This document shows, piece by piece, positions 17,477-28,711 of a DNA stretch of 64,000 nt (within the stretch, counting starts at the first letter, position 1; each line of letters opens with the position of its first letter). The translations under genes were made by a program, and so were the position numbers. The DNA is from Bacteriovoracaceae bacterium (lineage in GTDB: Bacteria; Bdellovibrionota; Bacteriovoracia; Bacteriovoracales; Bacteriovoracaceae): NCBI GenBank assembly GCA_041586955.1, contig JBFGZE010000004.1, positions 1 to 64,000 on the forward strand, read 5' to 3'. The notes beneath the pieces are model-generated. The model was not told the DNA's origin. It searched no databases and saw only the letters and a program-made list of their open reading frames with translations.

Positions 17477-19393
17477 TTAGACTTCTTTGAAGTCAGCATC
17501 AACTACATCTTCATCTTTTTTATCTTTTGCTTGTTGAGCTGTTTCCTCTTTAGTAGGTTCTTCTTGCTCTCCACCTGGCTGGGCACCAGCTTGCTGGTAA
17601 AGCTCAGTTGCTACTTTATGAGATACATTCTGTAGTCTCTCAACAGCACCTTTCAATTCGTCCAATACTTGACTCTCCAGCTTACCTTTAGCTTCAGTAA
17701 TTGCCGCCTCTAAATCACTCTTAGATTGCTCGGAAATTTTTCCTTCACCATCTTTAATAGTTTTTTCAGAAGCAAGAATCATAGCATCTAATTGATTATG
17801 GGTATCAACGACTTCTCTTCTTTTTTGATCTTCTTCACGGTTCTCTTCAGCCTCTCGTACCATGTTATTAATTTCTTCTTCAGAAAGGCCTGAACCTGCA
17901 GTAATCTTAATTTCCTGTGATTTATTTGTGGCCTTATCAACGGCCGAGACATGTACAATCCCATTGGCATCAATGTCAAAAATAACATCAATTTGAGGTA
18001 CACCTCTTGGCGCTGGAGCAATGTCAGTTAGGTCAAAGCGACCAAGAGTTTTGTTATCGTTAGCAAATTCTCTTTCGCCCTGAAGTACATGAATGCTAAC
18101 AGCTGGCTGATTATCCTGAGCTGTTGAAAACACCTGTGATTTCTTTGTAGGAATTGTTGTGTTTTTCTCAATGATTTTAGTCATAACGCCACCAAGAGTC
18201 TCAATACCGAGAGATAGTGGAGTTACATCAAGTAGAAGAACATCTTTAACGTCACCAGCAAGAACACCACCTTGAATGGCCGCGCCTGCAGCAACAACTT
18301 CATCAGGGTTAACACCTTTTGAAGGCTCCTTACCAAAAATTTCTTTTACTCTTTGCTGTACTGCTGGAATACGAGTTGAACCACCAACAAGAATCACTTC
18401 ATCAATTTCATTTTTATCAAGGCCTGAATCATTAATACAAGTTTCGCAAGGCTTAAGGAGGGCATTAATATCTTTTTCAATTAAGCTTTCAAACTTTGCT
18501 CTTGTGATACTGATATTTAAATGTTTTGGACCGGAAGCATCTGCGGTAATAAATGGTAGATTAACATCAGTTGCGGTTACGTTTGAAAGTTCGTGCTTTG
18601 CTTTTTCTGCAGCTTCTTTTAAACGCTGTAGGGCCATTTGATCATTTCTTAAATCTATTCCTTCCTGACTTTTAAATTCTTCGGCCAAATAATTGATTAA
18701 GTCTTCATCAAAGTTTTCACCACCTAAGAAAGTATCTCCATTGGTTGCCTTTACTTCAAAGACACCGTCACTTGTAATTTCTAAAATTGAAATATCGAAA
18801 GTACCACCGCCAAGGTCGAAAACCGCAATATTTTTATCTTTTTTTGTTTCTAAACCGTAGGCCAAGGCTGCAGCAGTTGGCTCATTAATAATTCTTTTAA
18901 CTTCGAGACCCGCGATACGACCAGCATCTTTAGTTGCTTGTCTTTGGGCATCATTAAAATAAGCCGGAACAGTAATAACTGCTTCCGTTACAGTTTCACC
19001 TAAATAATCTTCTGCCGATTGCTTCATTTTTTCTAAAACTGTCGCAGAAATTTCTTGAGGGGCCATTTCCTTCCCTTCAATTTTTACCCAAGCGTCTCCA
19101 TTTTTATTGGCAAAGATTTCAAAAGGAGCGACTTTAGAAAACTTATCGACTTCAGGAGCAGTCGCTTTTCTACCAATTAATCTCTTAATCCCATAAACTG
19201 TTTTTGTTGGATTAGTGACCGCCTGTCTTTTTGCAACTTGACCAACAAGTTTCTCATCATTTTTACCGAAGCCAACAACAGAAGGTGTTGTATTATGTCC
19301 CTCGGCATTGGGAATAATCTTATACTTCCCATTTTCTAATACTGCGACACATGAATTTGTCGTACCTAAATCAATTCCAATAATCTTACCCAT
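17477..19393 (-). CDS. dnaK: Chaperone DnaK (Hsp70)
   Basis: [33 protein letters not shown]-terminal VDADFKEV. Confidence 0.99.
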   Translation of the reverse strand: MGKIIGIDLGTTNSCVAVLENGKYKIIPNAEGHNTTPSVVGFGKNDEKLVGQVAKRQAVTNPTKTVYGIKRLIGRKATAPEVDKFSKVAPFEIFANKNGDAWVKIEGKEMAPQEISATVLEKMKQSAEDYLGETVTEAVITVPAYFNDAQRQATKDAGRIAGLEVKRIINEPTAAALAYGLETKKDKNIAVFDLGGGTFDISILEITSDGVFEVKATNGDTFLGGENFDEDLINYLAEEFKSQEGIDLRNDQMALQRLKEAAEKAKHELSNVTATDVNLPFITADASGPKHLNISITRAKFESLIEKDINALLKPCETCINDSGLDKNEIDEVILVGGSTRIPAVQQRVKEIFGKEPSKGVNPDEVVAAGAAIQGGVLAGDVKDVLLLDVTPLSLGIETLGGVMTKIIEKNTTIPTKKSQVFSTAQDNQPAVSIHVLQGEREFANDNKTLGRFDLTDIAPAPRGVPQIDVIFDIDANGIVHVSAVDKATNKSQEIKITAGSGLSEEEINNMVREAEENREEDQKRREVVDTHNQLDAMILASEKTIKDGEGKISEQSKSDLEAAITEAKGKLESQVLDELKGAVERLQNVSHKVATELYQQAGAQPGGEQEEPTKEETAQQAKDKKDEDVVDADFKEV

Positions 19394-19416
19394 TACAAAC
19401 TCCTTAAAATTATTTC

Positions 19417-19950
19417 TTAATCATTTTTTGCTATTACTACTTTTGCTGGCCTTAACAATCGCCCATTTAAAAGATACCCTTTTTGAAGCTCAACCAAGAC
19501 CTCTTGATCTTCCTTTCCCTCTGCTGGCTGTTGCGCCATGGCCTCATGAAAATTCGGATCAAAAACATTACCAACTGATTCGACTGTCTCGAGACCATTT
19601 TGCTTTAATATATCCAAGAACTGAGTCCTCACCATATCAACACCTGTTGAGATGTTTTTTATTTTTTCATCTGCTTCATCACTAACAGCATCGAGGGTCC
19701 GATCGAGGTTATCAACTACATCTATTAGACCTTTGAGAATTTTTTCGTTCCCAAACTTGAGAAGGTTTTCTTTTTCTCTTGCAAAACGTTTTTGCATATT
19801 GTCCATTTCTGCTGCGAGATAAAAGTATTTCTCTTTGTAGTCAACAGTTTCAGGCTTGGTCACCTCTGGTTCTTCAATATTTTCACCCTCTGCAACTTCT
19901 TCTATTTTTGCGTCTTCAGGTTTCTCTGCGTTCTGAGCATCTTGATTCAT
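19417..19950 (-). CDS. grpE: Nucleotide exchange factor GrpE
   Basis: [35 protein letters not shown]. Confidence 0.97.
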   Translation of the reverse strand: MNQDAQNAEKPEDAKIEEVAEGENIEEPEVTKPETVDYKEKYFYLAAEMDNMQKRFAREKENLLKFGNEKILKGLIDVVDNLDRTLDAVSDEADEKIKNISTGVDMVRTQFLDILKQNGLETVESVGNVFDPNFHEAMAQQPAEGKEDQEVLVELQKGYLLNGRLLRPAKVVIAKND

Positions 19951-19990
19951 ACTTCATTCCTTCATTAACTCAATATTTGTTACACACTTA

Positions 19991-20018
19991 AAATGGAGCC
20001 TCCCTGGCGAATGTCAAG
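19991..20018 (-). promoter_or_regulatory. Sigma-32 (RpoH)-like promoter for grpE-dnaK-dnaJ
   Basis: Minus strand CTTGACA-N13-CTCCATTT, close to the CTTGAA-N13/14-CCCCATNT consensus. Confidence 0.6.
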
Positions 20019-20062
20019 GATACCCAAAAAAATAAAATCGGGCGGACCGTAAGTCGATGAAA

Positions 20063-21190
20063 TTATGGCGTTAATTTTAATATATCCTGTAATATCGTAT
20101 CCATGATAAGAAATCCTGCGCTTGTTAGCTTTAAAATCCCGTTGGTCATGGTGCACAATCCTGAACTCTCCCAGGTCTCGATTTTTGCCATTAATTTTTC
20201 CTGAGAACCCACTTTTTCTAATAATTCTTCTATGGTGACGCCAGAATGGAGACGTAGCCCTAAGTATAAATTTTCTAACTCGGCCTCTCTCGTTGTTAAA
20301 TTTTCAAGATCAAAATCTGGTCTATAAGGCTTCCATTTATAGCGAATTTCATCTTCTTTCAAAAAACCGGTGGCACTAGGTCCAAGTGCCGCGACGGAGT
20401 TTCGATTCCAATACTTTAAGTTATGAACCGACTCAAAACCAGGTTTTGCAAAGTTTGAAACCTCGTAATGCTCAAAACCGCGTTTTTTCAAAAGGTTTAC
20501 TACTTTAAAATATTCTTCCTGAACAAACTCTTCCGCTGGCATATGATCGTAATGACAATAATTATCCTTTATCGTTAAAATATATAGGCTGATATGCATC
20601 GGAGAATAAGATAGAATGACTTCAAGTTCTTTCTCTATATCTCGTTTGTAATCTTCGGAAAAAGGTAATCCCATCATGAGATCAACCGAAAAGTTAAATT
20701 CGTTATTTGAAAAAAAAGTCAATGTATCGTGAACATCCTGAAGATTATGAACCCTGTCTAAAATTTTAAGAAATCTCTGATCTAGAGATTGAATTCCCAG
20801 TGAAAAGCGATTAATTCCAAAACTTTGCCAGGCCTTAAGATCATTCTCTCGCCATGAACCGGGATTAACTTCCAAAGTAAATTCACCCCCACTTACCAAG
20901 GATAAATTTTCATTATGGAAAAGGTTTTTTAAAAATAGACTTCCTCTCTCCCCCCATAAAGAAGGAGTTCCACCTCCAATATAGAGGGTATCCAACTGAT
21001 CCATCTGGTAATCTTTATCGTGGAGAAAATTTTGATGGTGATCCCAGGAATCTTTAAATTGTAATTCGAATTGAGTTAAATCATCTTCGCCCTTGGGAAT
21101 AGACTTAAAAAAATCGCAATAATTGCAAAGATGTCGACAAAAGGGAAAATGAATGTAGAGCGATTTAATCGCATTTTTTTTGTTTTCCAT
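20063..21190 (-). CDS. hemW: Radical SAM heme chaperone HemW (HemN-like)
   Basis: YIHFPFCRHLCNYCDF, GGGTPS, YEVSNFA, HNLKYW; usual position upstream of grpE. Confidence 0.88.
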   Translation of the reverse strand: MENKKNAIKSLYIHFPFCRHLCNYCDFFKSIPKGEDDLTQFELQFKDSWDHHQNFLHDKDYQMDQLDTLYIGGGTPSLWGERGSLFLKNLFHNENLSLVSGGEFTLEVNPGSWRENDLKAWQSFGINRFSLGIQSLDQRFLKILDRVHNLQDVHDTLTFFSNNEFNFSVDLMMGLPFSEDYKRDIEKELEVILSYSPMHISLYILTIKDNYCHYDHMPAEEFVQEEYFKVVNLLKKRGFEHYEVSNFAKPGFESVHNLKYWNRNSVAALGPSATGFLKEDEIRYKWKPYRPDFDLENLTTREAELENLYLGLRLHSGVTIEELLEKVGSQEKLMAKIETWESSGLCTMTNGILKLTSAGFLIMDTILQDILKLTP

Positions 21191-21218
21191 GACTTACAGT
21201 TATTTTTGATAAAGATTA

Positions 21219-21227
21219 TGGTAGAAT
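21219..21227 (+). promoter_or_regulatory. Extended -10 promoter (TGnTAGAAT) for the M16 peptidase gene
   Basis: tggtagaat about 35 nt upstream of the ATG at 21262. Confidence 0.45.
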
Positions 21228-21261
21228 TTGTCCAGACAATATTCTAGCAGGAAGCCACAAA

Positions 21262-23820
21262 ATGGATAAGCATTTAACTCAATTAGATAATGGACTTAAA
21301 ACTCTTTTTATTAATTCACCCGGAAGCCCCTCTGGTACAGTTCAGGTGTGGTTTCGCGCCGGGTCAGTAGTCGAAGACAAGGAAGATTTCGGCGTCGCCC
21401 ATTTTTTAGAGCATATGTTCTTTAAAGGCACGAAAACAAGGCCGGGGGCCAATATTGCGATGGAAGTCGAATCTTTTGGTGGTGAAATTAACGCCTTCAC
21501 TAGTTTTGATTACACTTGCTATTATATCAACACACCGAGCAATAAAATTCATCAAACCTGCGACATTTTATTAGACATGGTTTCAAATCCTGAATTCAGA
21601 ATGGAAGATCTTGTTCCTGAAAGAGGGGTGGTCTTTGAGGAATATCGGAGGTCCATCGATAGCCCTACTCAATTTTTATTTCAAAACCTACAAAAGAATT
21701 GTTTTACCAAGGGCTATAAGCACCCCATCTTAGGAACAGAAAAACATATTAAAAACTTTACACGAGAACAATTAATTCGCTTCCGTAAAAAATTCTACAA
21801 TTCATCCAATGCCTTATTGGTTGTTGCTGGTGACTTAAAGAATCAAAAAAATATCGAAAAAAAGATTAATCAATTCAAGCTTCCAAAAGGGCCAAGCACA
21901 GTATTCCCCAATTTTAAATTAGCGAATAAAGCAAAGATAGATGTCCACCACAAAGATATTGAGACAATGAATCTCTACCTTACCATTGAGGCCCCCCCCT
22001 TTGACAAAAAAGAATCTGCCATTGAAGACTTGGCCCTCAATTGTCTTGGCCATGGTGAATCATCAATTCTTTTTAAATACCTAGTGCTCGACGGAACGCT
22101 GGCCAATAACTGTAGTTGTTCAACAATGTTTATGTCTAATGGAGGGGCCCATTTCATTAAGGCAAGCTTCCCTTACGAAAACTTAAATAAAGTTTTGACT
22201 AAGCTCAACCAAGTACTCACTAAAGTTTATAAAGAGGGATTTGATCATTTCGACTTGAAGAAAATTAAAAATCAATACCTTGCCTCTAAAATTTATGAAA
22301 AAGAATCAATTGAAGCTTTTGCCTTCTCTCTAGGTCACGGGTTTGCTCAAAATGGCGATATCAATTGCGAAGAAGTTTTCTTGTCCCGTATAAAGGATGT
22401 TAATATTGAAGAAGTGAATAAATCAATCCGAAATATTCTGTCTCGCCCGATTCACCTAACCTGCCAAATTCCTAATAATGGCAAACTTGAATCTGTTAAG
22501 ACAAAGCTTGAGCAATTCAACCGAAAGCTAGAGAATATTTCCAATACAAAATTAAGAAACAATACTAATAAAAATAATATTGGCAAATCAAAATATGACC
22601 CGCAGGTCGAACATATTCCCATCGCTCCCGGGGTTTCACTCATTTATCGTCAAAATCCCATGACTCCAACCTTTGTTATGCAGGCCTATTTAAAAGGTGG
22701 TCTCACTGAAGAAACTCATAAAAATAATGGGATTTATCATTTAACTGGCAGCCTTCTTGCGAAAGGTCATAAAAATAAACCTTATGCCGAACTAAGGCAG
22801 ACATTGGAAGAAAATTCAGCGAACCTTAGTGGCTTCTCTGGAAGAAACGCCTACGGCCTTATACTTCATGGACTTTCTCATCAGACAGATGAATTATTCA
22901 ACGAGTTTTTTCAAAGCCTTATCGATCCATCATTTGACGAAGAATTATTTAATCATGACCAAATGATCACTTTACGCCAATTACTTGACCAAGAAAAAGA
23001 CCCAGTTAAAACCTGTTTTAAAGAAGTTGGTAAAGTTGTATTTGGAAACCACCCTTACGCGCTTAATGTTATAGGTACACCTTCGTCCCATGCCAATATA
23101 AGTCTTGACGATATTAGAAACCTACATCAAGAAAATCTTAAAGCAAAATCTTTACTTTTTACCTATTGTGGAGACTTAAGTCGTTTTGAAATAGAAGATA
23201 AAGTTAGAAGGCACATTCTTGATATTAAAAGATCATTTAAAAATATTAAGAGGCAGCACCAAGTTAAACCACACCTGAAGAACATTTCAATAGAAATGGA
23301 CCGCGAACAAACTCACATCTTTATTGGAATGCCATCAGTTCCCCTCGCTGATGATCGTAACCTCTTGCTAAAAATTATAACCACTCATCTTTCAGGTCAA
23401 TCCTCAGAGCTCTTTGTTGATGTAAGAGATAAAAAAGGACTTTGCTATACGGCCCAACCAATTCACTTTTCCGCTTTAGAAGGGGGATTCTGGGGAATCT
23501 ATATGGCCAGTGGCCATGACAAAGTCGAAGCTGCAACTGAGGCAATCAGAAATATTCTCGGCAAAATTAAAACGAAAGGCCTCAAAAAAGCTCAGTTTAA
23601 TCGAGTAAAAAAAATGATTGAAGGCCAAAATTTAATCAACATTCAAACCAATGATGATTATGCCAACCTTTACTCAATTAATTGCTTACATGGACTAGGA
23701 CTTGATGAATTTCACAATAACCAGAAAAAGATTAAAGAAATGGACTACGAGAATTTCCAACAGGGTGTTAAAAAGCTTTTTAATAATGAGATGTTTGAGG
23801 TAATCGTCGGTAAGAAATAA
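21262..23820 (+). CDS. M16 family (pitrilysin/insulinase-like) zinc peptidase, fused two-half form
   Basis: GVAHFLEHMFFKGT (HxxEH), NAFTSFDYTCY, ERGVVFEE; second half lacks HxxEH, LFVDVRDKKGLCY. Confidence 0.92.
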   Translation: MDKHLTQLDNGLKTLFINSPGSPSGTVQVWFRAGSVVEDKEDFGVAHFLEHMFFKGTKTRPGANIAMEVESFGGEINAFTSFDYTCYYINTPSNKIHQTCDILLDMVSNPEFRMEDLVPERGVVFEEYRRSIDSPTQFLFQNLQKNCFTKGYKHPILGTEKHIKNFTREQLIRFRKKFYNSSNALLVVAGDLKNQKNIEKKINQFKLPKGPSTVFPNFKLANKAKIDVHHKDIETMNLYLTIEAPPFDKKESAIEDLALNCLGHGESSILFKYLVLDGTLANNCSCSTMFMSNGGAHFIKASFPYENLNKVLTKLNQVLTKVYKEGFDHFDLKKIKNQYLASKIYEKESIEAFAFSLGHGFAQNGDINCEEVFLSRIKDVNIEEVNKSIRNILSRPIHLTCQIPNNGKLESVKTKLEQFNRKLENISNTKLRNNTNKNNIGKSKYDPQVEHIPIAPGVSLIYRQNPMTPTFVMQAYLKGGLTEETHKNNGIYHLTGSLLAKGHKNKPYAELRQTLEENSANLSGFSGRNAYGLILHGLSHQTDELFNEFFQSLIDPSFDEELFNHDQMITLRQLLDQEKDPVKTCFKEVGKVVFGNHPYALNVIGTPSSHANISLDDIRNLHQENLKAKSLLFTYCGDLSRFEIEDKVRRHILDIKRSFKNIKRQHQVKPHLKNISIEMDREQTHIFIGMPSVPLADDRNLLLKIITTHLSGQSSELFVDVRDKKGLCYTAQPIHFSALEGGFWGIYMASGHDKVEAATEAIRNILGKIKTKGLKKAQFNRVKKMIEGQNLINIQTNDDYANLYSINCLHGLGLDEFHNNQKKIKEMDYENFQQGVKKLFNNEMFEVIVGKK

Positions 23821-23822
23821 TA

Positions 23823-24380
23823 TTAACCTACCTTTAACTTACGATCGCCAGCAAAGATTAAGAATTCGCCGCTCTCTGCGTGTTCTTTAAAATTCTTTTC
23901 AGCAACCACGCTCATTAAATCCGCGACAGGGCTAAATGAGTGTGACATTTTTTTATAGAACGCAGGGATCTCAAAAAAACTTGGAACCATATTATTTAAC
24001 CTGGTATATGCAACTTGCCCTAGCTCCTGATAATAACTATAGTCAACTATCTTGCGATTTATTGAATCAGAAAAAAAACCACAAAGAAATAACGATGTAT
24101 CCGCAATATCTTTTAAGATTCGCTTTTGCTCATTAATAGGATACTGCCCGCATTCTAAAAGCTTAAGACCAAGCACTTTTTCTTTTACCTTCCCGTCACT
24201 CTCCTCAAAGTAATTAGTAGAATCACCAAAACTATCCATCACTAAGCTACAATAAAAAAGAGTATCTGTTGAAATTGGACTCGTTGATTTGGCATTCACT
24301 TTGGAAAGCTCATCAAAGAAAAATGATTGCAAGCTTGATTCTAAAATTAAATGGTCTAAAACACCTTGATCACCGGCCAA
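23823..24380 (-). CDS. Conserved-looking hypothetical protein
   Basis: 185-aa ORF, GGAGG RBS before a TTG start; LKDIADTSLFLCGFF..SINRK..YYQELGQVAY helical motif; no function recognised. Confidence 0.75.
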   Translation of the reverse strand: MAGDQGVLDHLILESSLQSFFFDELSKVNAKSTSPISTDTLFYCSLVMDSFGDSTNYFEESDGKVKEKVLGLKLLECGQYPINEQKRILKDIADTSLFLCGFFSDSINRKIVDYSYYQELGQVAYTRLNNMVPSFFEIPAFYKKMSHSFSPVADLMSVVAEKNFKEHAESGEFLIFAGDRKLKVG

Positions 24381-24564
24381 ATAAACCTCCCAGCTAGATC
24401 TCAGATCTCTCTTACATTATATCAGATTTTGTCAAAACGCGTTATTTGACGGAAATACACTCCTTTAACTTTAGATTTTGTGTCCAATCATTGGCAGTTA
24501 TGGCAGAACTAAAATTTATCTGGTAAGGAATATAAAAGTATTTATTATGCAATTTGAGGTATTT

Positions 24565-26721
24565 ATGTCCAGTGATCAATATAACCCCCCCAAATTTAAC
24601 CGATCTGATTGGGAAAAGCTTGCCGCTAAGGAATTGCGAGGAAAAAATTTAGATGAACTCCAATGGGAAACCCCTGAAGATATCACTATAAAACCTCTCT
24701 ATACTAAGGAGGACCTTGATCAACTTCCTTTAAACAATACGATGCCCGGGCTAGAGCCGTTTATCCGCGGCCCCCGTGCCACGATGTATACAGGAAGACC
24801 TTGGACTATCCGCCAATACGCCGGCTTCTCAACGGCAGAAGAATCCAATGCATTTTACCGCAAAGCACTTGCAGCAGGAGGACAGGGCATTTCTGTTGCC
24901 TTCGATTTAGCAACCCATAGAGGATACGACTCAGATCATCCGCGAGTAACAGGAGATGTTGGTAAAGCTGGTGTGGCCATCGATACTGTTGAGGATATGA
25001 AAATTCTATTTGACGGGATTCCGCTAGATAAAGTCTCTGTTTCCATGACAATGAATGGTGCAGTTCTTCCTATTTTAGCAAATTATATTGTTGCTGCTGA
25101 AGAGCAAGGCGTTTCTCCAGAGAAATTAAGCGGTACCATTCAAAACGATATTTTAAAAGAATTCATGGTCCGAAATACTTATATTTATCCTCCTAAGCCT
25201 TCCATGCAAATGATCGCTGATATTTTTAAATATACCTCCAACCATATGCCGAAGTTCAATTCTATTTCTATTTCGGGTTACCATATCCAAGAAGCGGGCG
25301 CAGATGCTGCTTTAGAACTAGCGTACACGCTGGCCGATGGTAAAGAATATATTGAAACTGCCATTAAGGCCGGGATGAAAATTGACGACTTCGCACCAAG
25401 GCTTTCGTTTTTCTTTGGTATAGGCATGAACTTCTATATGGAAATCGCTAAACTAAGGGCCGCGAGGTTATTATGGTCCGAGATAGTAGATACCTATAAT
25501 CCTCAAAACCAAAAATCGAAAATGCTTCGGACCCATTGCCAGACAAGTGGTTGGTCTCTCACTGAGCAAGACCCTTATAATAACGTCATTCGAACAACGA
25601 TTGAGGCCATGGCCGCCGTGTTTGGTGGTACGCAATCCCTACATACAAATGCCCTTGATGAGGCCGTCGCTCTTCCAAGTGAGTTTTCAGCACGCATCGC
25701 ACGCAATACTCAAATTATTATTCAAGAGGAATCACAAATAACAAAAGTTGTTGATCCCTGGGGCGGCTCCTATTTTATGGAGTCCCTAACAAATGAAATT
25801 GCAGACAAGTCCCGAAAAATAATTAAAGAAGTAGATGAAGCAGGAGGTATGGCTAAGGCCATTGAAACTGGTATCCCAAAGCTCAATATTGAAAAGTCTG
25901 CCGCGAAAAAGCAGGCAAAAATTGACCGTGGCGAAGAAGTTATTGTTGGTGTGAATAAATATACGATCGATGAAGAAGAAGAGATAGATATTCTTGAAAT
26001 AGACAATATTGCCGTAAGAAAAAGTCAAATTCAAAGGCTTAACCATACCCGTAAAACAAGAGATAATGAAAAGGCACAAGCAGCATTGGATGACTTAACT
26101 CGATATGCCGAAACAGGTGAAGGTAATGGCCTAGACCTTGCGGTTAAAGCAGCTCGCTTACGTTGCAGTGTCGGAGAAATTACTTACTCGCTTGAAAAAG
26201 TCTGGAGTCGCTATTCGGCTCAGGCCCAAACAGTATCTGGTGTTTATGGTGGTCAATATATGGAAGATCAAAACTGGCAACAAATCATTGCAGAGGTTAA
26301 AGAGTTTGAATCAAAACAAGGGAGACGCCCCCGAATGCTAGTTGCTAAAATGGGACAAGATGGCCATGATCGCGGAGCAAAAGTTATTGCCACTGCTTTT
26401 GCAGATGTCGGCTTTGATATCGACCTTGCTCCTCTATTTTCTACACCCGAAGAAGTTGCCAAACAGGCCATTGAAAATGATGTTCACGTCATTGGCGTGT
26501 CATCTCAAGCAGCTGGCCATAAAACTCTCGTTCCAGACCTTTTAAAAGAGCTTGAAAAGCTTTCTTCCCAAGATATCATTGTTGTTGTTGGTGGAGTTAT
26601 TCCAAAACAAGATTATGACTTTCTTTATAAAGTCGGAGTCAAAGGAATCTTCGGCCCAGGTACTCCTATCCCCGTTAGTGCAAAAGAAGTACTTAAATCC
26701 ATTAATGAGAATTTAGGGTAA
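24565..26721 (+). CDS. scpA: Methylmalonyl-CoA mutase (B12-dependent)
   Basis: [43 protein letters not shown]12-binding motif; start moved to the ATG at 24565 behind GAGGT. Confidence 0.97.
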   Translation: MSSDQYNPPKFNRSDWEKLAAKELRGKNLDELQWETPEDITIKPLYTKEDLDQLPLNNTMPGLEPFIRGPRATMYTGRPWTIRQYAGFSTAEESNAFYRKALAAGGQGISVAFDLATHRGYDSDHPRVTGDVGKAGVAIDTVEDMKILFDGIPLDKVSVSMTMNGAVLPILANYIVAAEEQGVSPEKLSGTIQNDILKEFMVRNTYIYPPKPSMQMIADIFKYTSNHMPKFNSISISGYHIQEAGADAALELAYTLADGKEYIETAIKAGMKIDDFAPRLSFFFGIGMNFYMEIAKLRAARLLWSEIVDTYNPQNQKSKMLRTHCQTSGWSLTEQDPYNNVIRTTIEAMAAVFGGTQSLHTNALDEAVALPSEFSARIARNTQIIIQEESQITKVVDPWGGSYFMESLTNEIADKSRKIIKEVDEAGGMAKAIETGIPKLNIEKSAAKKQAKIDRGEEVIVGVNKYTIDEEEEIDILEIDNIAVRKSQIQRLNHTRKTRDNEKAQAALDDLTRYAETGEGNGLDLAVKAARLRCSVGEITYSLEKVWSRYSAQAQTVSGVYGGQYMEDQNWQQIIAEVKEFESKQGRRPRMLVAKMGQDGHDRGAKVIATAFADVGFDIDLAPLFSTPEEVAKQAIENDVHVIGVSSQAAGHKTLVPDLLKELEKLSSQDIIVVVGGVIPKQDYDFLYKVGVKGIFGPGTPIPVSAKEVLKSINENLG

Positions 26722-26725
26722 AAAT

Positions 26726-27697
26726 ATGAATATTTCGTTAGATTTATTGCGCAAAGGTGACCGCAGAACTTTAGCGAAGGCCATCACTTTAATAGAATCA
26801 ACTAATCCAATTCATCAGAACCAAGCAAAGGAATTGCTTGAAGAAATACTCCCAAATGTCCAGCATGCTAGGCGTATCGGAATCACCGGAGTTCCTGGAG
26901 TTGGTAAATCGACATTTATCGAATCCTTTGGTCTCAATCTTATCTCTCAAGGCAAGAAAGTTGCAGTTCTAGCTGTTGATCCTAGCTCCCCCATTAGTGG
27001 TGGCAGTATTATGGGCGACAAGACCAGAATGGAGAATCTATCCCGAGAGAGTAACGCTTTTATTCGCCCCTCACCGACAGCAGGTTCACTAGGAGGCGTT
27101 GCTCAAAAAACACGAGAAACAATTCTCCTTTGTGAAGCTGCAGGCTTTGATACGATTCTTATTGAAACTGTAGGAGTCGGGCAATCAGAATATGATGTGG
27201 CCTCAATGGTGGACTTCTTCATGATGCTTCTGATCCCCAATTCTGGTGATGAGCTTCAAGGAATTAAAAAAGGGATTGTCGAGCTTGCTGATGGAATTAT
27301 CATCAACAAGGCAGATGGTGAATTGGTTCCCTTTGCCCTACAAACACAGAGTCAGTACGAAAGCGCACTTCAAATAATTCACCGGGATACCCATTGGTCC
27401 CCACGAGTCCTCACTTGTTCAGCTATTGATAAGGTGGGATTTGAAGATATTTCAAAAATGATTGATCAATATTTTTCAGAGCAAAATGCACCACTCTTAA
27501 AGGCAAAAAGAGACCGCCAAAAGATTGAATGGATGCAAAAACTATTTTTTCAAATTTTTGAATCGAAAATCAATAAGAGCCCATCTCTTCAAGGTCACAA
27601 AAAAAGGTTGACGACTCTCGTTCAAGAAAACAATAAAACGGCCCTCCAAGCAGCAGAAGAGCTGTATCTTCAATTTATGAAAGAATCCAATCTTTAA
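26726..27697 (+). CDS. meaB: Methylmalonyl-CoA mutase-associated GTPase MeaB
   Basis: LAKAITLIES, GITGVPGVGKST, AVDPSS..GGSIMGDKTRM, ETVGVGQSE, GDELQGIKKG, NKAD. Confidence 0.96.
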   Translation: MNISLDLLRKGDRRTLAKAITLIESTNPIHQNQAKELLEEILPNVQHARRIGITGVPGVGKSTFIESFGLNLISQGKKVAVLAVDPSSPISGGSIMGDKTRMENLSRESNAFIRPSPTAGSLGGVAQKTRETILLCEAAGFDTILIETVGVGQSEYDVASMVDFFMMLLIPNSGDELQGIKKGIVELADGIIINKADGELVPFALQTQSQYESALQIIHRDTHWSPRVLTCSAIDKVGFEDISKMIDQYFSEQNAPLLKAKRDRQKIEWMQKLFFQIFESKINKSPSLQGHKKRLTTLVQENNKTALQAAEELYLQFMKESNL

Positions 27698-27815
27698 AAA
27701 TCAGACACTTAGATCTTCTAATGGTCATGTTACCTACGGAAGATTGTTCAAGATTATTGATATTTTACATTTATTCGGTATAAAAATTTATTAATTGTTT
27801 GTTTTCGAGATACTT

Positions 27816-28709
27816 ATGAATCAATTTCTACAGCCCACGACTCCATTTGAATTTTCAACCTCCAAAGTTGAGTTTGACCAAGAGGGAACTTATCTTGTCG
27901 GCTTCGAGTTTGATGGCACCGCGTGCTTTAGAAAAGGAACAAAACTAGGGCCCAATGCTCTCCGGGACGTCAGTTACGGAATAGAGTCTTATTCACCTTA
28001 TTTAAACCGGGACCTAGAGTCCAAAGAAGACTTATTCGACTTGGGAAATATACCTATTCCTCAAAGCTATAATAATATTGATGAAGCTTATCATAAGGCC
28101 AACGGCTTTTTCTTTTCACACATACCAGGTAAAACTCTCGGCATTACACATAAAATCATTACTATTGGAGGGGAGCACTCTATATCATTTGCCCCCATAA
28201 AATCCTATCTTAAGCAATTTGATGACCTCGTCCTCATTCATCTGGATGCCCATGCAGATTTACGGGATGGCTATGAGGGGCACCATTATTCTCACGCTTC
28301 CATTATCAGACGAGTATTGGATCATTTTAAAAATGGTCATCAACTTATCCAATATGGCATTCGAAGTGGAACCAGAGAAGAATTTGAGTGGATGAATAAA
28401 CATCATACGTTAGCTAAATCTCGACAGTTTTTTTTAGAGAGAGTCAGTAAGATTGCTGACCAAAGGCCTATCTATTTAACTTTAGATTTGGATTATTTTG
28501 ATCCATCCTTCTTCCCAGGAACCGGAACACCTGAGCCTGGAGGGGAAGACTTTCATAGTTTTATTTCTTTAATTAAAGTTTTAAAAAATAAAAACTTTGT
28601 GGGTGCAGATATTGTAGAACTTGCACCAAATATTGATTCAACAGGAAACAGCTCCGTTTTTGCAGCTAAAGTTGTTAGAGAAATTTCACTAGCAATGAGG
28701 AACGATTAA
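27816..28709 (+). CDS. speB: Agmatinase
   Basis: GGEHS, HLDAHADLRD, DLDYFDP..PGTGTPEPGG, DIVELAP; adjacent to speA; start probably the ATG at 27816. Confidence 0.9.
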   Translation: MNQFLQPTTPFEFSTSKVEFDQEGTYLVGFEFDGTACFRKGTKLGPNALRDVSYGIESYSPYLNRDLESKEDLFDLGNIPIPQSYNNIDEAYHKANGFFFSHIPGKTLGITHKIITIGGEHSISFAPIKSYLKQFDDLVLIHLDAHADLRDGYEGHHYSHASIIRRVLDHFKNGHQLIQYGIRSGTREEFEWMNKHHTLAKSRQFFLERVSKIADQRPIYLTLDLDYFDPSFFPGTGTPEPGGEDFHSFISLIKVLKNKNFVGADIVELAPNIDSTGNSSVFAAKVVREISLAMRND

Positions 28710-28711
28710 AA

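Noticed and set aside
19951..21261. CIRCE element around hemW/grpE
   Set aside because: No TTAGCACTC-N9-GAGTGCTAA match in either intergenic region
24381..24564. Cobalamin riboswitch upstream of methylmalonyl-CoA mutase
   Set aside because: No B12-box or GCCACTG/GGGAAG core visible; the region is short and AT-rich
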